From Prorocentrum cordatum (taxonomy: Eukaryota): 64,000 nucleotides of DNA. The notes beneath the pieces were generated by a model. That model ran no database searches, was not told the origin of the DNA, and saw only the letters and a list, made by a program, of their open reading frames with translations. Below are positions 52,054 through 64,000 of the stretch, one piece after another (position 1 is the stretch's first letter; every line of letters starts with the position of its first letter). The position numbers and the translations under genes were made by a program. The stretch is from the NCBI GenBank assembly GCA_963575745.1, contig CAUYUJ010000159.1, positions 558,001 to 622,000 of the forward strand. Direction: 5' to 3'.

Positions 52054-54439
52054 CAAGATGCGGCGACGGTCTAGGGTTCGCAGCATCGGAGAGCAGAAAG
52101 ACTTCTATCAATCATGATCAATCAGCAAACCGCACCATCCCTCTATGCCCCCACGGATGCACGCCATGAGCCGCAGTCGACCTTAATCCTGCATTCTCCT
52201 CTCAGCAAACCCTCTCAATCCCTTCCCTTTCCACACCCATTTTGGCGGACCAATGGAATCACATTCCACGCGGCAGAGGAGCTGTTGCGGGCGCGGTGGA
52301 CGAATTCCACTTGGCATGCAACGCGAAAAAGTATGTTCGTTGTCGACGCGGTGGACGTGTTCCACTCGGCGTGCAACCACATGAAACATACAGAGGGCCG
52401 CAGGTCGAAATAAGATTCCGCATGATCCCACTTCAGCTGCCTACATACCCTTTGTTTCATTCCCAGGGGGGCGCCTCGAGAAAACAACTCACACACGTAC
52501 AGCAGCAGCTCGTGTGTCCACCGGGGGAGGAGGGGGGGCGGGCCCCAGTGCTTAATCAACCCGGTTGAAGCAGCCGCTTTAAGCAGCCAAGATCTGGTCT
52601 TTGGGGAGGAGGGAGCGGGGGCCCGCGCCGATCGGCGAAACAAGACATAAGAAACAGCTACGTACCTCTCAAGACGGCTCAATGGGCCCGATTTCGGCAC
52701 ACCCCTCACGCACTCTACGCCTATCCAAGGCCTAGACGACCCAGAGCGTCCAAGGCCCACCTCGAGCAAACCCAATGTCTCGGCATTCCCACAAATTATG
52801 GCAATGGAGCGAAGCTTCCGCGCGTTGAGCGGAAGTTCAAGCTCAAGCTAAAAGAGAACTATAAAATGGAGCGAAGCTTCCGCGCGTTGAGCGGAAGTTC
52901 AAGCTCAAGCGCATACAGCTGGACTTCAAATAATTTGGATCGAAAATGGAGCGACGCTCACAGCGAAGGCAGAACATCAAGCTCAAGCTAATGTGAAGGG
53001 GAGCCCCAGGTTGCCGTGGGCCTGCAGAAGGTGGGTCTCCTTTCTGCGGTCCAGGCGGCGCCAGAGCACCGCTCCCCTCGGATCCTGCCCAATGCCTGCC
53101 CACGAACCCCCAGGCCTGTCCAAGGTCAGCCCGACGGCCTATCCAATGCCTGCCTCAGGCTTACCTGGCGGCCTTTCAAGAGCTGATACATGGCCTACCC
53201 AGAACCCAGTGAAGGCCCGCACACGACCTAGCCAAGGCTCATCACAGATTTGTCACGTCCAAGATCCTTACAAATTTTACGTCTAGCGAACCACATGCGA
53301 GCGCCATAACGAATGTGAACACCCAAATGCGCGCGATCACCGTGCCCGCGCTCGTCTTACAACCGCGACGAAAATCTTTACAACGATGGGCTGTCGTGAA
53401 GGGTTCTATGGTGCGCCCACCTTCGTCGTGCAACCACCGCGCAAAATTTGCCAACACTGGGCCACCCTGAAGGTTTGAACGGTACGCGCCAAAAAAAATC
53501 GACAACGAAATAATCGATCCGACGGTCTTCCCAGTACCGCGGCGACTGCCGGGACTGATCCGAGTATTCGCTTCCTTCGTGGCGGCCCTGAAAAAAAGCA
53601 CACCCACCTCAAAAAGCCAACGTCTCGCGTGAGATATCCCCGAATGCTGACCGCAAGTGGGCAAATGTCCCACCCCGTGGTCGCTCCCCATTGTGGCGCC
53701 CAGCAACGTTTGTTGCGACATCGCGAACACCACGCGGCCCTGAAAAAGACGCGCCTACATCCGTGAAACAAGCGAACCGCTGGAGACATCCCCACAATCT
53801 GGGCACGAACCGGTAAGTGTCCTAATTATCCCCTGGCGGCACCCCCTTGTGTTGCCCAAGTGCGAGGCCTGTCACATCGCGAAAATTCTGATCGTGATAT
53901 GGAAAAGGAGGGAGAAGGAGGAGGAGGGAGGGAGTAGACGGAAGCGCGACACGGATAACAAGAATTCACGACGCAAAACACGGAAATAAACGCCGCAACA
54001 TACTCCACGAGACGTGCAACTGCCTGCACAATGATCCGTTATCACCGTCGCACCCTTGATCCGCACGCGTTCGACGGAAACTGGCGGCAATCAAACTGGC
54101 CCAATCTGCCAGGGCATCGCTCGTGGGGGGAGGGCCTCCTCGCCTCGGGCTGCTCTCCCGCAGCCGCGCCCCGCCGTCGACGGCGAGCGCGCGCCTTGTG
54201 GGTGCCCTGACCGTCCCGGGCGGCCGCCGCAGGCCCGAACGTGCGTTTGATTCGCCCATGTCGTCCAGCCCGCCCATCTGAACCAAGAAAGCCGGTTTCT
54301 GCTGAGACATCCTCACGATTCGCTCTTAAACTTAAGCTGGCCACGGCGTGCAGGTGACGCTGGCGGTGTGCTGCCCGCGCCGAGGCGAGAGCGCCGTTTG
54401 GACGGACTTTCGGCCATTGTACGGTTCGGCCCGCATAGT

Positions 54440-54690
54440 ACGCTATGTTATCAATGCGAGGCTAAGCTATGCGGTGTGATGCGATGCGATACTATGCTGT
54501 GCGATGCGATGCTATGCTATGCTACGCCATACTGTGCCATGCGATGATATGCTAGTATATGCGACGCGATGCGATGCGATGCTATGACATGCTATGCGAT
54601 GCTATGCTATGCTATGCGATGCTCGTCTATGCTGTGGTGTGCGATGCTATGCGATGCTATGCTATGCTCTGCTGTGCGATGCAATGCTAT
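54440..54690. repeat. (GCTAT/GCGAT)n pentamer repeat
   Basis: Directly visible. Confidence 0.9.
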
Positions 54691-55447
54691 GTTGTAGCTC
54701 CAGTTGGTTCCCCTTCCTCACCCCCACCACCACACGCACAACCTCTTTATCACCCGAAGGGTGGTCGTACATGTAGGTATACACTGGCAGGATCTCGCGG
54801 CCAGAGATACAACCGCCTCGCGCACACTTGCCTGGAGCGGGGAGGGATGGGGAGGAATCTGGGAGGAGCGGGGAGGGGTGCAGAGTGAGGTGTCTTGTGG
54901 GCCCCTTGGACTGTCTCAGAGCGCTCTGGGATCCACAGGCGCCTACGGAGGTCGTCTTGGAGGGCTCTGTGGGACGTTTTGGGGCGATCCTGGGAGCTTC
55001 TTGGACCGTCTTGGAGGCCTTGTTGGGATGTCTTGCGGCGCTCTTGGGGTTCTCTGAGGCCGTCGTGGACGCTATTAATACAAAGCGCATATGCCCAAAA
55101 TAGACGCTTCCCAAAGGAATTAGGGCGATGTGTGTTCCTTGCGGCCCTCATAAGTGTCCTCTTGAAGCCCTCTTCAAGCGCTTGGGGGGCCTCTCGGGCC
55201 GTCTTGAAGCCATCATGGGCGTCTTGACGAACTCTTGGACCGTCTCGGAAGCCTCCTGGACCGTCTGGGGAGCGCCTTCGGGCCCTCCGAAAGCCCCCCG
55301 AAGGACCCCGAGGGACACAGTGGGCACCGCGGGGGGAGGGGGGAGTTTGGGAAAAGTGGGCAGCCTCGGGCCCCAGGGGTCTGGTCGCGGGGTCCGCATG
55401 GTGATGGGCAACTATGATGAGCGCTTGCGCGCTGCAGTCAGATCCAC

Positions 55448-55469
55448 CTTGAGCCAAAATGGCTACGGA
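55448..55469 (-). other. Perfect genomic copy of the 22-nt dinoflagellate spliced leader
   Basis: Plus strand CTTGAGCCAAAATGGCTACGGA is the reverse complement of TCCGTAGCCATTTTGGCTCAAG. Confidence 0.95.
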
Positions 55470-56133
55470 TGCTCGTGGGGCGTCTTTGGGGGCTCCTGTG
55501 GGGCCTCGTGGAGCCTCTAGGAGGCCTCTAGGGGGCCTCTTGGGCTCTCTTGGGGCCTCTTGGGGCCTCCTGGAGGCCTACTGGGGCGGAAGGCTCGAAT
55601 TGTCGGTTCGTGTTCCCCCTCTTGAGCCCCTCTTGGGGCCCTCTTGAGGCGATCTTGGGCGCCTCTAGGGCCGCCTTGGGGCACTTTTTGGGCCATCTTG
55701 GGGGCTCTCTCTATTGCGCCGCCGTGGTGCCCTTTTTTTGGTGCCTCTTGGGCCGTCTTGAGCTGGTTTCTGGGGCCTCATGGGCTGTCTTGAACCGTTG
55801 GAAGCACGAAACAGCGAGAACACGAACAACCTTCAAAAACCATTGAGGAAACCTACTTGCTTCGCCTCCTGAGTGCCTCGTGGGAGCACTTTTGAGGGCA
55901 TCTTGGCCATCTTGAAGCTCTCTTGGGCTGTCTTCAAAGCCATGTTGGACCCATTTTGGAACGCTCTTGTGCGGTCTTGGGCTCTCTCGGACCGGTCGTG
56001 GGCCATCAAGGCGCCCTCTTGGACGTCTCTCGGCCCCTTTTGATGTTTTTTGGCGCCCCCCGCTGGGCCCGAAACGGTCAGACGAAAAATCAGTGCACTT
56101 CGGAGGGCCCGGGACCCCCTACCCATTATACGT

Positions 56134-56168
<35 letters not shown>

Positions 56169-56299
56169 CTTACATATAAAAACACACTACATTATGCATA
56201 CATAAACCAACACAACACACATATCCACTTATATATATGTGTGTATATGCATGTATGTATGTATATATACATGTATTCATATATACATACATACATACA

Positions 56300-56331
<32 letters not shown>

Positions 56332-56354
56332 CATATACATATACATACAAATAC

Positions 56355-56391
<37 letters not shown>

Positions 56392-56398
56392 TCTGTAA

Positions 56399-56429
<31 letters not shown>

Positions 56430-56490
56430 TATATATACATATACATACATATAAACATATAAATATACATGTACATATACATATACATAT

Positions 56491-56521
<31 letters not shown>

Positions 56522-56682
56522 CGTACATACGTACATACGTACATACGTACATACGTACATACGTACATACGTACATACGTACATACGTACATACGTACAT
56601 ACGTACATACGTACATACGTACATACGTACATACATACATACATACATACATACATACATACATGCACACACATACATACAT
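56134..56682. repeat. (TA)n/(TACA)n/(CATATA)n/(CGTACATA)n compound microsatellite
   Basis: Directly visible; a similar degenerate tract lies at 57275-58240. Confidence 0.95.
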
Positions 56683-57279
56683 GTTGGAGGGCTCTTGGGC
56701 TGTGTATTGGCCGTGTTGGGCCCATCTGGGGCCACGTTCGGGCCATCAGGGCCGCCTTGGGGCCTCCCGCTCCCGCTGTGGGGCCCAACATGGGCCTGTC
56801 CTGGGGCTCTCTTGGGCCGTCTGAGGCTCGTCCCAAGCAATTTTCGGGCTCCCTTGGGCAATCTTGGGGCTCTGTTGGAGGTCTTTTCAGCGGTTTGGGG
56901 GCGTCGTCGGCTGTCGTAGAGCGCCGGGAGGTCGAAAACGCGAGACACCGAAAAACATTTCAAAAACCAACGGAAATCAAGGATTTGAGCCTCTTCGGGC
57001 TCTCGGGATGCTTCTCGGAGCTCTCTTGAGGCCTCTTGGAGGCCTCTTGGGCTGTGTATTTGCGGTCTCGAACCCATCCTGGACCACGTTAAGGCTATCT
57101 GGGCTGTCTTGGAAGGGCTTGTCGAAGTCCCCGAGGGCTTCTGGGAGCTCTCTGGGACAGTCTGGGAGCTCCAGGGCCGCTCCGGGGTGCTCTGGGAGCG
57201 GTCTGGGGAACCCTGGTCCTCCCATGCCCTGTCGTGGTCGCGGCCACGGTCGCCCGGGCCTCGTGCACGGGGATATCTA

Positions 57280-57322
<43 letters not shown>

Positions 57323-59214
57323 ATTTATATACATATATATACACACATCGACATATACATATACGTGTGCATATACATATACATCTCCATATGCATCTAC
57401 ATCTACATCTACATCTACATCTACATCTACATCGACATCTACATCTAAATATACATCTACATATGACATGCATGTAAATATAGATGTACATATTCATTTA
57501 CATCTACATCTACATCTACATATACATATACGTATACATATACAAATACATATACATGTCCATGTGTAAATACATTTACGCATGCAGATACATCTACGTA
57601 TACATATACGTATACGTGCACATATACATAAACATAACCATATGCACATACGCATACCTAAACCTATACATGTACATACACATATACATATACTTATGCA
57701 TACGCATATGCATGCATCTATATTTGAACATAAAATCATACCTATACAACTGCATATGCCTATATACATATGCACCTATACACAACATTTTGCACATATA
57801 TATATACATATATGTATACATTTACCTGTTCACGTGCATTACATGTACAGGTGCATGTGTATAAACATATACCTATACACATACATTTACATCAACATGT
57901 GCATATACATATACGTGTACATATACATGTACATATACATATACATATACATGTACATATACATTTTCACACATATATATATAGATAAAAATACAAACAT
58001 ACATATCAATATGCATACGCAAATACATATACATGTGCATACGCATATATATATATATATATACATTTGAAAACATATACATATACATATACATACAAGT
58101 GCACATATACACATACATATACATATGCATATACATATACATATCAATCCCCATCCGTATCCATCCATCCATCCATCCATCCGTTCATCCACCCATCCAT
58201 CCATACATACATACAGACATGCATGCATAAATACATACATTGGAAGCCCCTTGGGGTCTGCTTGGGGGCCTCTTGGGGACAAGCTCGGTGCGAAGACGAA
58301 AAACACGGATGCGGTTGACATGTACGTTTTACGAAAAGAACGGGGCCAATTTTGCCTCTCGGGGCCCTCTGGGAGGTCAAATTGCACGGGTTATGAGGCG
58401 TCTTGGAGGCCTCGTGTTGGCTGCTTGGGGCCTCGTGGGGGTCTCGGGCGCCCTCTTGGGGCGTGGGGCTGGCAATTCCAGTTGGATTGCCCTATCTTGT
58501 GCTCCTCTAGGAGCCCTCTGGGAAGCTGTTGGGGCCGTTTTGGGTGCCTCTGGGACCGGCCTGGGACCCTCTTGGGCCGTCTTGGCGCCCTCTGGGGGGC
58601 CTCTTGGGCCGTGTAGGGGCAATCTTAGGGACCCCTGAGGTCGTCAAGGATGGCGCGAAGACGAAAATCACGAGTACGGTAAACATATACGTTTTACGGA
58701 AGGAATGGATAAATTTTTGCTTCTCGGGGCCCTCGTGGGGCAAATTGCACGGGTTACGAGGCGTCTTCGAAGCCTCTGGGGCCGATGGACACGTCCCGTG
58801 ATCCGATCCGTCAAAGCCGTCTTCAGGGTGGTGGGCGGCTGGCTGGGGCCGCCGTGACGCTCATCGAACCGCCCTCCGATGCGATTTTGGGCCCCTCAAG
58901 GTCTGGCCGGGCCCCCGGGCCACACATTTGTGGTAGAGGTCGTGGCCCCTGGGCCCCCGGGCCCCCGGGCCTGGTTGCGGCCCGGTCCGGTCTGCAACCG
59001 GACGACCCTCCTTTCCGCCTCCGATGCGCTCTTCGTGGCCAAGGCTGGCTTTGTCTTGAAATGATTGTCCAAACGCAACCCTGGGCATCGCAGTTTTTTG
59101 GTTGCATCTGGGGCTGTCTGGGAAACGCAGTTCCCCAATCAGAGCTTGCTTCTGTAGGGGTCCTAGCGGATATAAAGCTGAGGTGAGGTGAGCGGCCGAT
59201 TTCGGTGGCCGAGG

Positions 59215-59586
59215 CCGGGTGCCCGGGTGCCCGGGGGTGCCCGGGTGGCCGATTTCGGTGGCCGGGCCAGGGTGCCCGGGTGCCCGGGTGCCTGGGGGTG
59301 CCCGGGTGCCCGGGGGTGCCCGGGTGCCCGGGGGTGCCCAATAGCCCAATAGCCCAGTAGCCCTATAGCCCTATAGCCGTATAGCCCTATAGCCCTGTAG
59401 CCCTATAGCCTTATATCCCTATAGCCCTAATAGCCTTATATCCCTATAGCCCCATAGCCCATATAGCTCTATAGCCCCATAGCCCTATAGCCCTATGGCC
59501 CTATAGGTCACAGTCCTATAGCCCTATATATAGCCCGATAGCCCTACAGCCCGACAGCCGTATAGCCCTATAGCCCTATAGCCCTA
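59215..59586. repeat. Adjacent (GGGTGCCC)n and (TAGCCCTA)n octamer arrays
   Basis: GGGTGCCC at 59215-59339, then TAGCCCTA at 59340-59586. Confidence 0.9.
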
Positions 59587-62500
59587 ACAAAAATCTGATT
59601 GGGTTTTTTCTCCGGTATCATTTTTTTGTTGCATCTGGGGCTGTCTGGGAAACCTTTTGGGCGTCTCGGGAGGCGTCGGGGGGGGGGTCTTGCGAGTTAC
59701 GTGGGGGTTCCTGTTGGGCTTCTGGGAGCCCAGGGCTGGAAATGTTCGTTCGGCCCCCTCCTGGACCGCTGGGCTCTTGTGTGCCTCTTTCCGGCCTCCT
59801 GGATGCTGCTTGAGGTCGCTTGGGGGCCTCTTGGAGACCTCTTGGGCTCTCTTGGGGGTCTCTTGGGGCCTCCTCGGAGCATCCTGGACTCCTTCTTGAA
59901 GTCGTCATGGGACCTTCTTGGCACGTCTTCGGGGGCCTCTTAGAGTTTTGAAGTCTTTTGGGTGCCGTCTTGGGGCCTCTTGGAGCCTCTTTTGGGTTTC
60001 TTGGGGGCCTCTCGGGCCTCTTGGGGGCCTCTTGGGGCCTCTTGGGGGCTTCCTGGGGGCATCTTGGGGCCTCTTGGGGGCATCTCGGGGCGGAGAGCTT
60101 GATTTTTCAGTTCGCGTTCCCTCTCTTGGGCCCCTTTTGGGACCTTCTTGGGACCTTCTTGGGCCGTCTTGGGCGGCTCTAGGGCCATCTCGGGGCTCTC
60201 TCGGGCCATCTTGGGGTTCTTTTGGCAGCCTCTTGGGCCGTCTTGGAGCGGTTTTGGGAGCCTCTTGGGCGGTGCGCCGGAAACACGAAACAGCGAGAAT
60301 GCAAAAAACATGTTCAAAAAAGCCTTCCGAGCGCTTCTTGGGGGCTTCTCGGCGCCTCCTGGAGCCACTTGGGGTCGAAAGCTTGGAATTCGATGGTGGC
60401 TTTCCTCCTCTGGGGCCCTCTCGGGCCCGTCTTGGGGACTCTCTTGGGCCGTCTTGGGCCCTTCGTGGGCCGTCCTGGAGCTTTCTGGGGCTGTGTTGGG
60501 GCCCTCTGGAGCGCGTCCTGGGCCGTATTGGGGCGGTCTCGGGAGCTTCTGAGGTCGTCAAGCACGGACCGACAGCGAAAACAAGCAATATGTTGAAAAT
60601 ATACGTTTTACGAAGAGAATGGGGTTATTTTGGCCCCTTGGGGCTCTCTTTGGGGCCCTATTGGGGGTCGCTTGGGGTGTCTTGGGGGCTTCTGAAGCCA
60701 CCTTGGAGGCCACGTTGGGCGTCTGGGAGCGACCTTCGGGCGTCCCGGGTCTGTTCTGGAGCCTCTTGGGGCCTCCTTGGCGCCTTCTGGCGGCCTTCTG
60801 TGAGGCCCCGGGGCTCCCCGAGGGCCCCGGGGCCCACATTTGCGGTCGTCTTGGGCCCTTCGTGGGCCGTCCTGGAGCTCTCTGGGGCTGTATTGGGGCC
60901 CTCTGGGGCGCGTCCTCGGCCGGACCGACAGCGAAAACAAGCAATATGTTAAACATATACGTTTTACTAAGGGAATGGAGTTATTTTGGCCCCTTGGGGC
61001 TCTCTTTGGGGCCCTATTGGGGGTCGCTTGGGGTGTCTTGGGGGCTTCTGAAGCCACCTTGGAGGCCATGTTGGGCGTCTGGGAGCGACCTTCGGGCGTC
61101 CAGGGTCTGTTCTGGAGCCTTTCGGGCCTCCTTGGTGCCTTCTGGCGGTCTTCTGTGAGGCCCCGGGGCTCCCCGAGGGCCCCGGAGCCCACATTTGTGG
61201 TAGCGGCGCCGGCCCCGGGCGCACGGACCTGGTGCGCCGTCATATGAATAAATACGTATGGTGTTTTACCATGCGTATACATACACGTACGTGAGATGTT
61301 ACACCATGCATATGCATACACATACGTAGATGTGATAACATGCATATGCTTACACATACGTCAGCATTGACACACTGTATGTACATGCACGTACGTAAGA
61401 TGCTGTACCATGCATGTAGATACATGTACGTATGATATGAGGTCACAAATGTTCATAGATATACGTGTGCTGTGGTCTCAGATATACAGATATACAGCCA
61501 TGCCCCCCCTAGCTGAATATGATACCTATGTGTGAATCATACGGGGCGCGCATGGGTTAACATCACACATGCATAGGGCGGCGTGTCCCGACAGGCGGCT
61601 CCACAGCCGGACAATTGTTTCAAGGGTTTTGTTTCAAGTTGTGTTTCAAGTTTTGTTTCTGGGGCGTTTCGGATTTTGTCTCTGGGCCCTGGCCTGGTTT
61701 TGTTTCTGGGCCCTGGCCAAGAGTGCCCAAGAGGCCCCCCCGGAGGCCCCAAGAGGTCAGAGTTGTGAGGATGCCTCAGGCGGTAGTGGCCAGACCACCT
61801 GCTCAGGGCATCTCGCAACTCAGAGTGGCGAGGGTCTCAGGCGGAAGTGGCCAGACCACCTTGGGGCAATGTATCTCCGAGGTCAGAGCTCAGTGCATCT
61901 CGGAACCCAGAGTTGCGAGGATGTCTCAGGCGAACGTGCCCGGACCACCATGGGGCAGGGCACCTCCGAGGTCAGAGATCGCAGGATGTCTCAGGCGAGA
62001 TCGGAGTGAACACCTCACCTCAGGGCGTCTCGGAACCCAGAAATGCGAGCGTGTCTCAAGCGAAAGTGCCCGGACCACCGTGGGGCAGGGCACCTCCGCG
62101 GTCAGAGTGTCGAGGATGTCTCAGGCGAAAGTGGTCTGACCAACTCAGGTCAGAACGTCTCGGAACCCAGAATTCTGAGGATGTCTCAGGCGAACCGGGC
62201 CTCCTCCTGCGCTTCCTCCTCCTCCTCCTCCTCCTCCTCCTCCTCCTCCTCCTGCTCTTCCTCCTCCTGCTCCTCGTCCTCCTGCTCCTCCTCTTCTGCC
62301 TGGATGCTGCGCCGGTTGCGAACGCCTGCTCCTCCACGAAATTAGTCCTCATCCGCCTCCCCTTGCCCATGTCCCTCCCCGCCTCCTCGCTCTTTCTCTC
62401 CTCCTCCTCCTCCTCCTCCTCCTCCTCCTCCTCCTCCTCCTCCTCCTCGTCGTCCTAATCCCCCCCTGTCCTGTCTTCATCCTCCCACTCCTCCTCCCTC

Positions 62501-62866
62501 CTCCTCCTCCGCTGGCCGAGCCGGGCCGGGCCGGGCCGAGCCGAGCCGGCGGAGGAATAGTCTGATTATGGAAGGGAGGGGGAAGAGAACGAGCAGGAGG
62601 AGGAGGAGGAGGAGGAGGAGGAGGACATGGATGAGGTGCTTTTTCGAACGGCCGAAACGGTCCTCCTGGTCCCCTCCACCTCCTACTCCTTCTGGCTCTA
62701 CCCTCGGCTCGGATTGCGCTGGACGCCTGCCCGACGTTCACTCCTCCTCCTTCTCCTCCTCCTCATCCTCCCTCCTCCTTCCCGGGTGCCCGGGGGATGC
62801 CCGGATGCCCCGGTGCCGGGGTGCCTGCAGTGCCCGGGTGCCCAGGTGCCCCGGTGCCCGGGTGCC

Positions 62867-63998
62867 CGACAGGGGGTCTTCCGTGCGGGTCTTCCGTGCG
62901 GCGACAGTGCTCTCGCTGTTGAAGGATGCGAATCCAAGGGCGCAGTTGTACGACCGAATGTGCTGCATGAAGTGGTCGTGGGAAGGACCCGGACGAAGGA
63001 GCTGAGCCATTTCGGCCGGAGCGGGAGGCAGTAGGGGGATGCCAGCCAGGGCTCCGTACCTGCAGCACGCGCCGAAGTCCTTTCTGCGTGCTGCCGGGCA
63101 ACGCGCGCGTTCGGCGAAGAAGTGCAAAGCCCCGCACGTTGCGCAGGCTCCTTGGAAGTGGCCGGTCGGAGAGAGCGACGCTTTCGGAACGCGGTTGCTG
63201 CACCATTCGTCTGTCGACCACCAGCCGGCGCGGTGGCCGGTGCGTACGCCAAGAGAAGTCCCAGGCACGGGTTCTGCGAACCAGTTCCGATGCGCTGCGC
63301 AGGCGGGCGGACAGCTGGACGAGTTCGGAAATGCTACGCGGGTGGACTTGAGGCGACACCACGGCACGGAACATTTCGGCGAGTCACGCGCTCGGAGGTA
63401 CATGCGGACGGCTGCCGCCACCTGCTTGCGGAGTGCTTGCAACGGATCACTACGTGGACGGGCGTGGGACACCAGAAGACCCCGACGTCAGAGGATGATG
63501 GGGCCCGGCGGCGGCGGTGGCTACCGCGGCATGTCGGACGTGGTCGGGGCAGTATCCGGTGGCGTACATTGCTTTCGTCAACTTTCTGTCGCACAATGGG
63601 AGGGAACATGTGGGTTTAAAGCAACGTTCGCACATGCCGCTGTTGCGCGGCACTGCGCGTCGCGCGCCATGGCGGGCGGGGGCGCGGCAGCCGGCCTTTC
63701 CGGGCCCCTGGCAAGGGGGCCCCGCGAGGCAACAGTGCCTACATTCCACCACGGTGCCGAGAGGGCCCACGAGAAAAGCGCACCCAATGGCACGATTGCT
63801 ACATGGCTTCCGTTTCCGAATGCGCGCGATGCAGAGGCCGTCGGACGACTTCCGTTGAGCTACACCGTTGCACCCAGACGAGCTACAAGGGCGTTCAGCT
63901 TGCTCGTAGGATCGTTTGGGAGGGGATGGTAGTGGTTGTGGTGTGGACAGCCCACACGTTCGACACAGGCCTGCTGAACCAGGGGTGGAACGGCCGTC
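62867..63998 (-). pseudogene. Disrupted N-terminal part of a Helitron RepHel protein with an upstream tandem zinc-finger-like array; runs off the window
   Basis: 62921-63163 encodes GHFQGACATCGALHFFAER..FGACCRYG..LLPPAPAEMAQLL..HFMQHIRSYNCALGFASF, matching the Helitron CxxCGA..E..CCxxG..P..LL..F..IRxYNxAxxFxS region. A second frame, open from 63998 to 63450, encodes Cys-rich repeats; the frames overlap at 63453-63487. Confidence 0.8.
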
Positions 63999-64000
63999 GC

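Larger units (their letters stand above)
50460..61240 (+). repeat. Cluster of GGCCTCTTGGG-family blocks alternating with TA/TACA microsatellites (unique DNA at about 52.1-54.4 kb)
   Basis: Blocks at about 50460-50940, 51310-51960, 54890-56100, 56685-57200, 58240-58800 and 59640-61200; ~356-bp tandem duplication at 60567/60923. Confidence 0.85.

Noticed and set aside
52237..52246. CCATTTTGGC partial SL matches (also near 33475 and 55951)
   Set aside because: Only 9-10 nt, lacking the TCAAG end; expected by chance or part of a repeat.
52420..52480. YPLFHSQG resembles Helitron YPLLFPxG
   Set aside because: Opposite strand to the RepHel fragment and no flanking motifs.
59340..59586. Telomere-like repeat
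   Set aside because: Unit is TAGCCCTA, not CCCTAAA, and it is interstitial.

Overview
GC-rich eukaryotic DNA dominated by repeats, very likely from a dinoflagellate: a perfect 22-nt dinoflagellate spliced leader lies at 55448-55469 (-). Most ORFs in the track are artefacts of microsatellites and GC-rich satellites. Two regions look protein-coding. One is an intronless 246-aa ORF (147-887, +) preceded by two nested, decayed spliced-leader relics. The other is a disrupted N-terminal fragment of a Helitron RepHel protein, carrying a tandem Cys/His zinc-finger-like array, which runs off the right edge (62867-63998, -). The main hidden structure is a set of non-autonomous elements with rolling-circle (Helitron/Helentron-type) ends. 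One 1.24-kb copy (32523-33760) has a reconstructable empty site. A second, modular family of about 1.5-3.6 kb (13.4-15.0 kb and 29.6-43.0 kb) carries several internal satellites and includes a head-to-tail junction. Also present: a 1.2-kb TIR element inside a 77-bp minisatellite, two MITE/foldback families, an 89-bp satellite, a recent ~2-kb tandem duplication and many simple repeats. I found no rRNA, tRNA or CRISPR. All calls were made by eye without database searches; short host exons could be missed and repeat boundaries are approximate.
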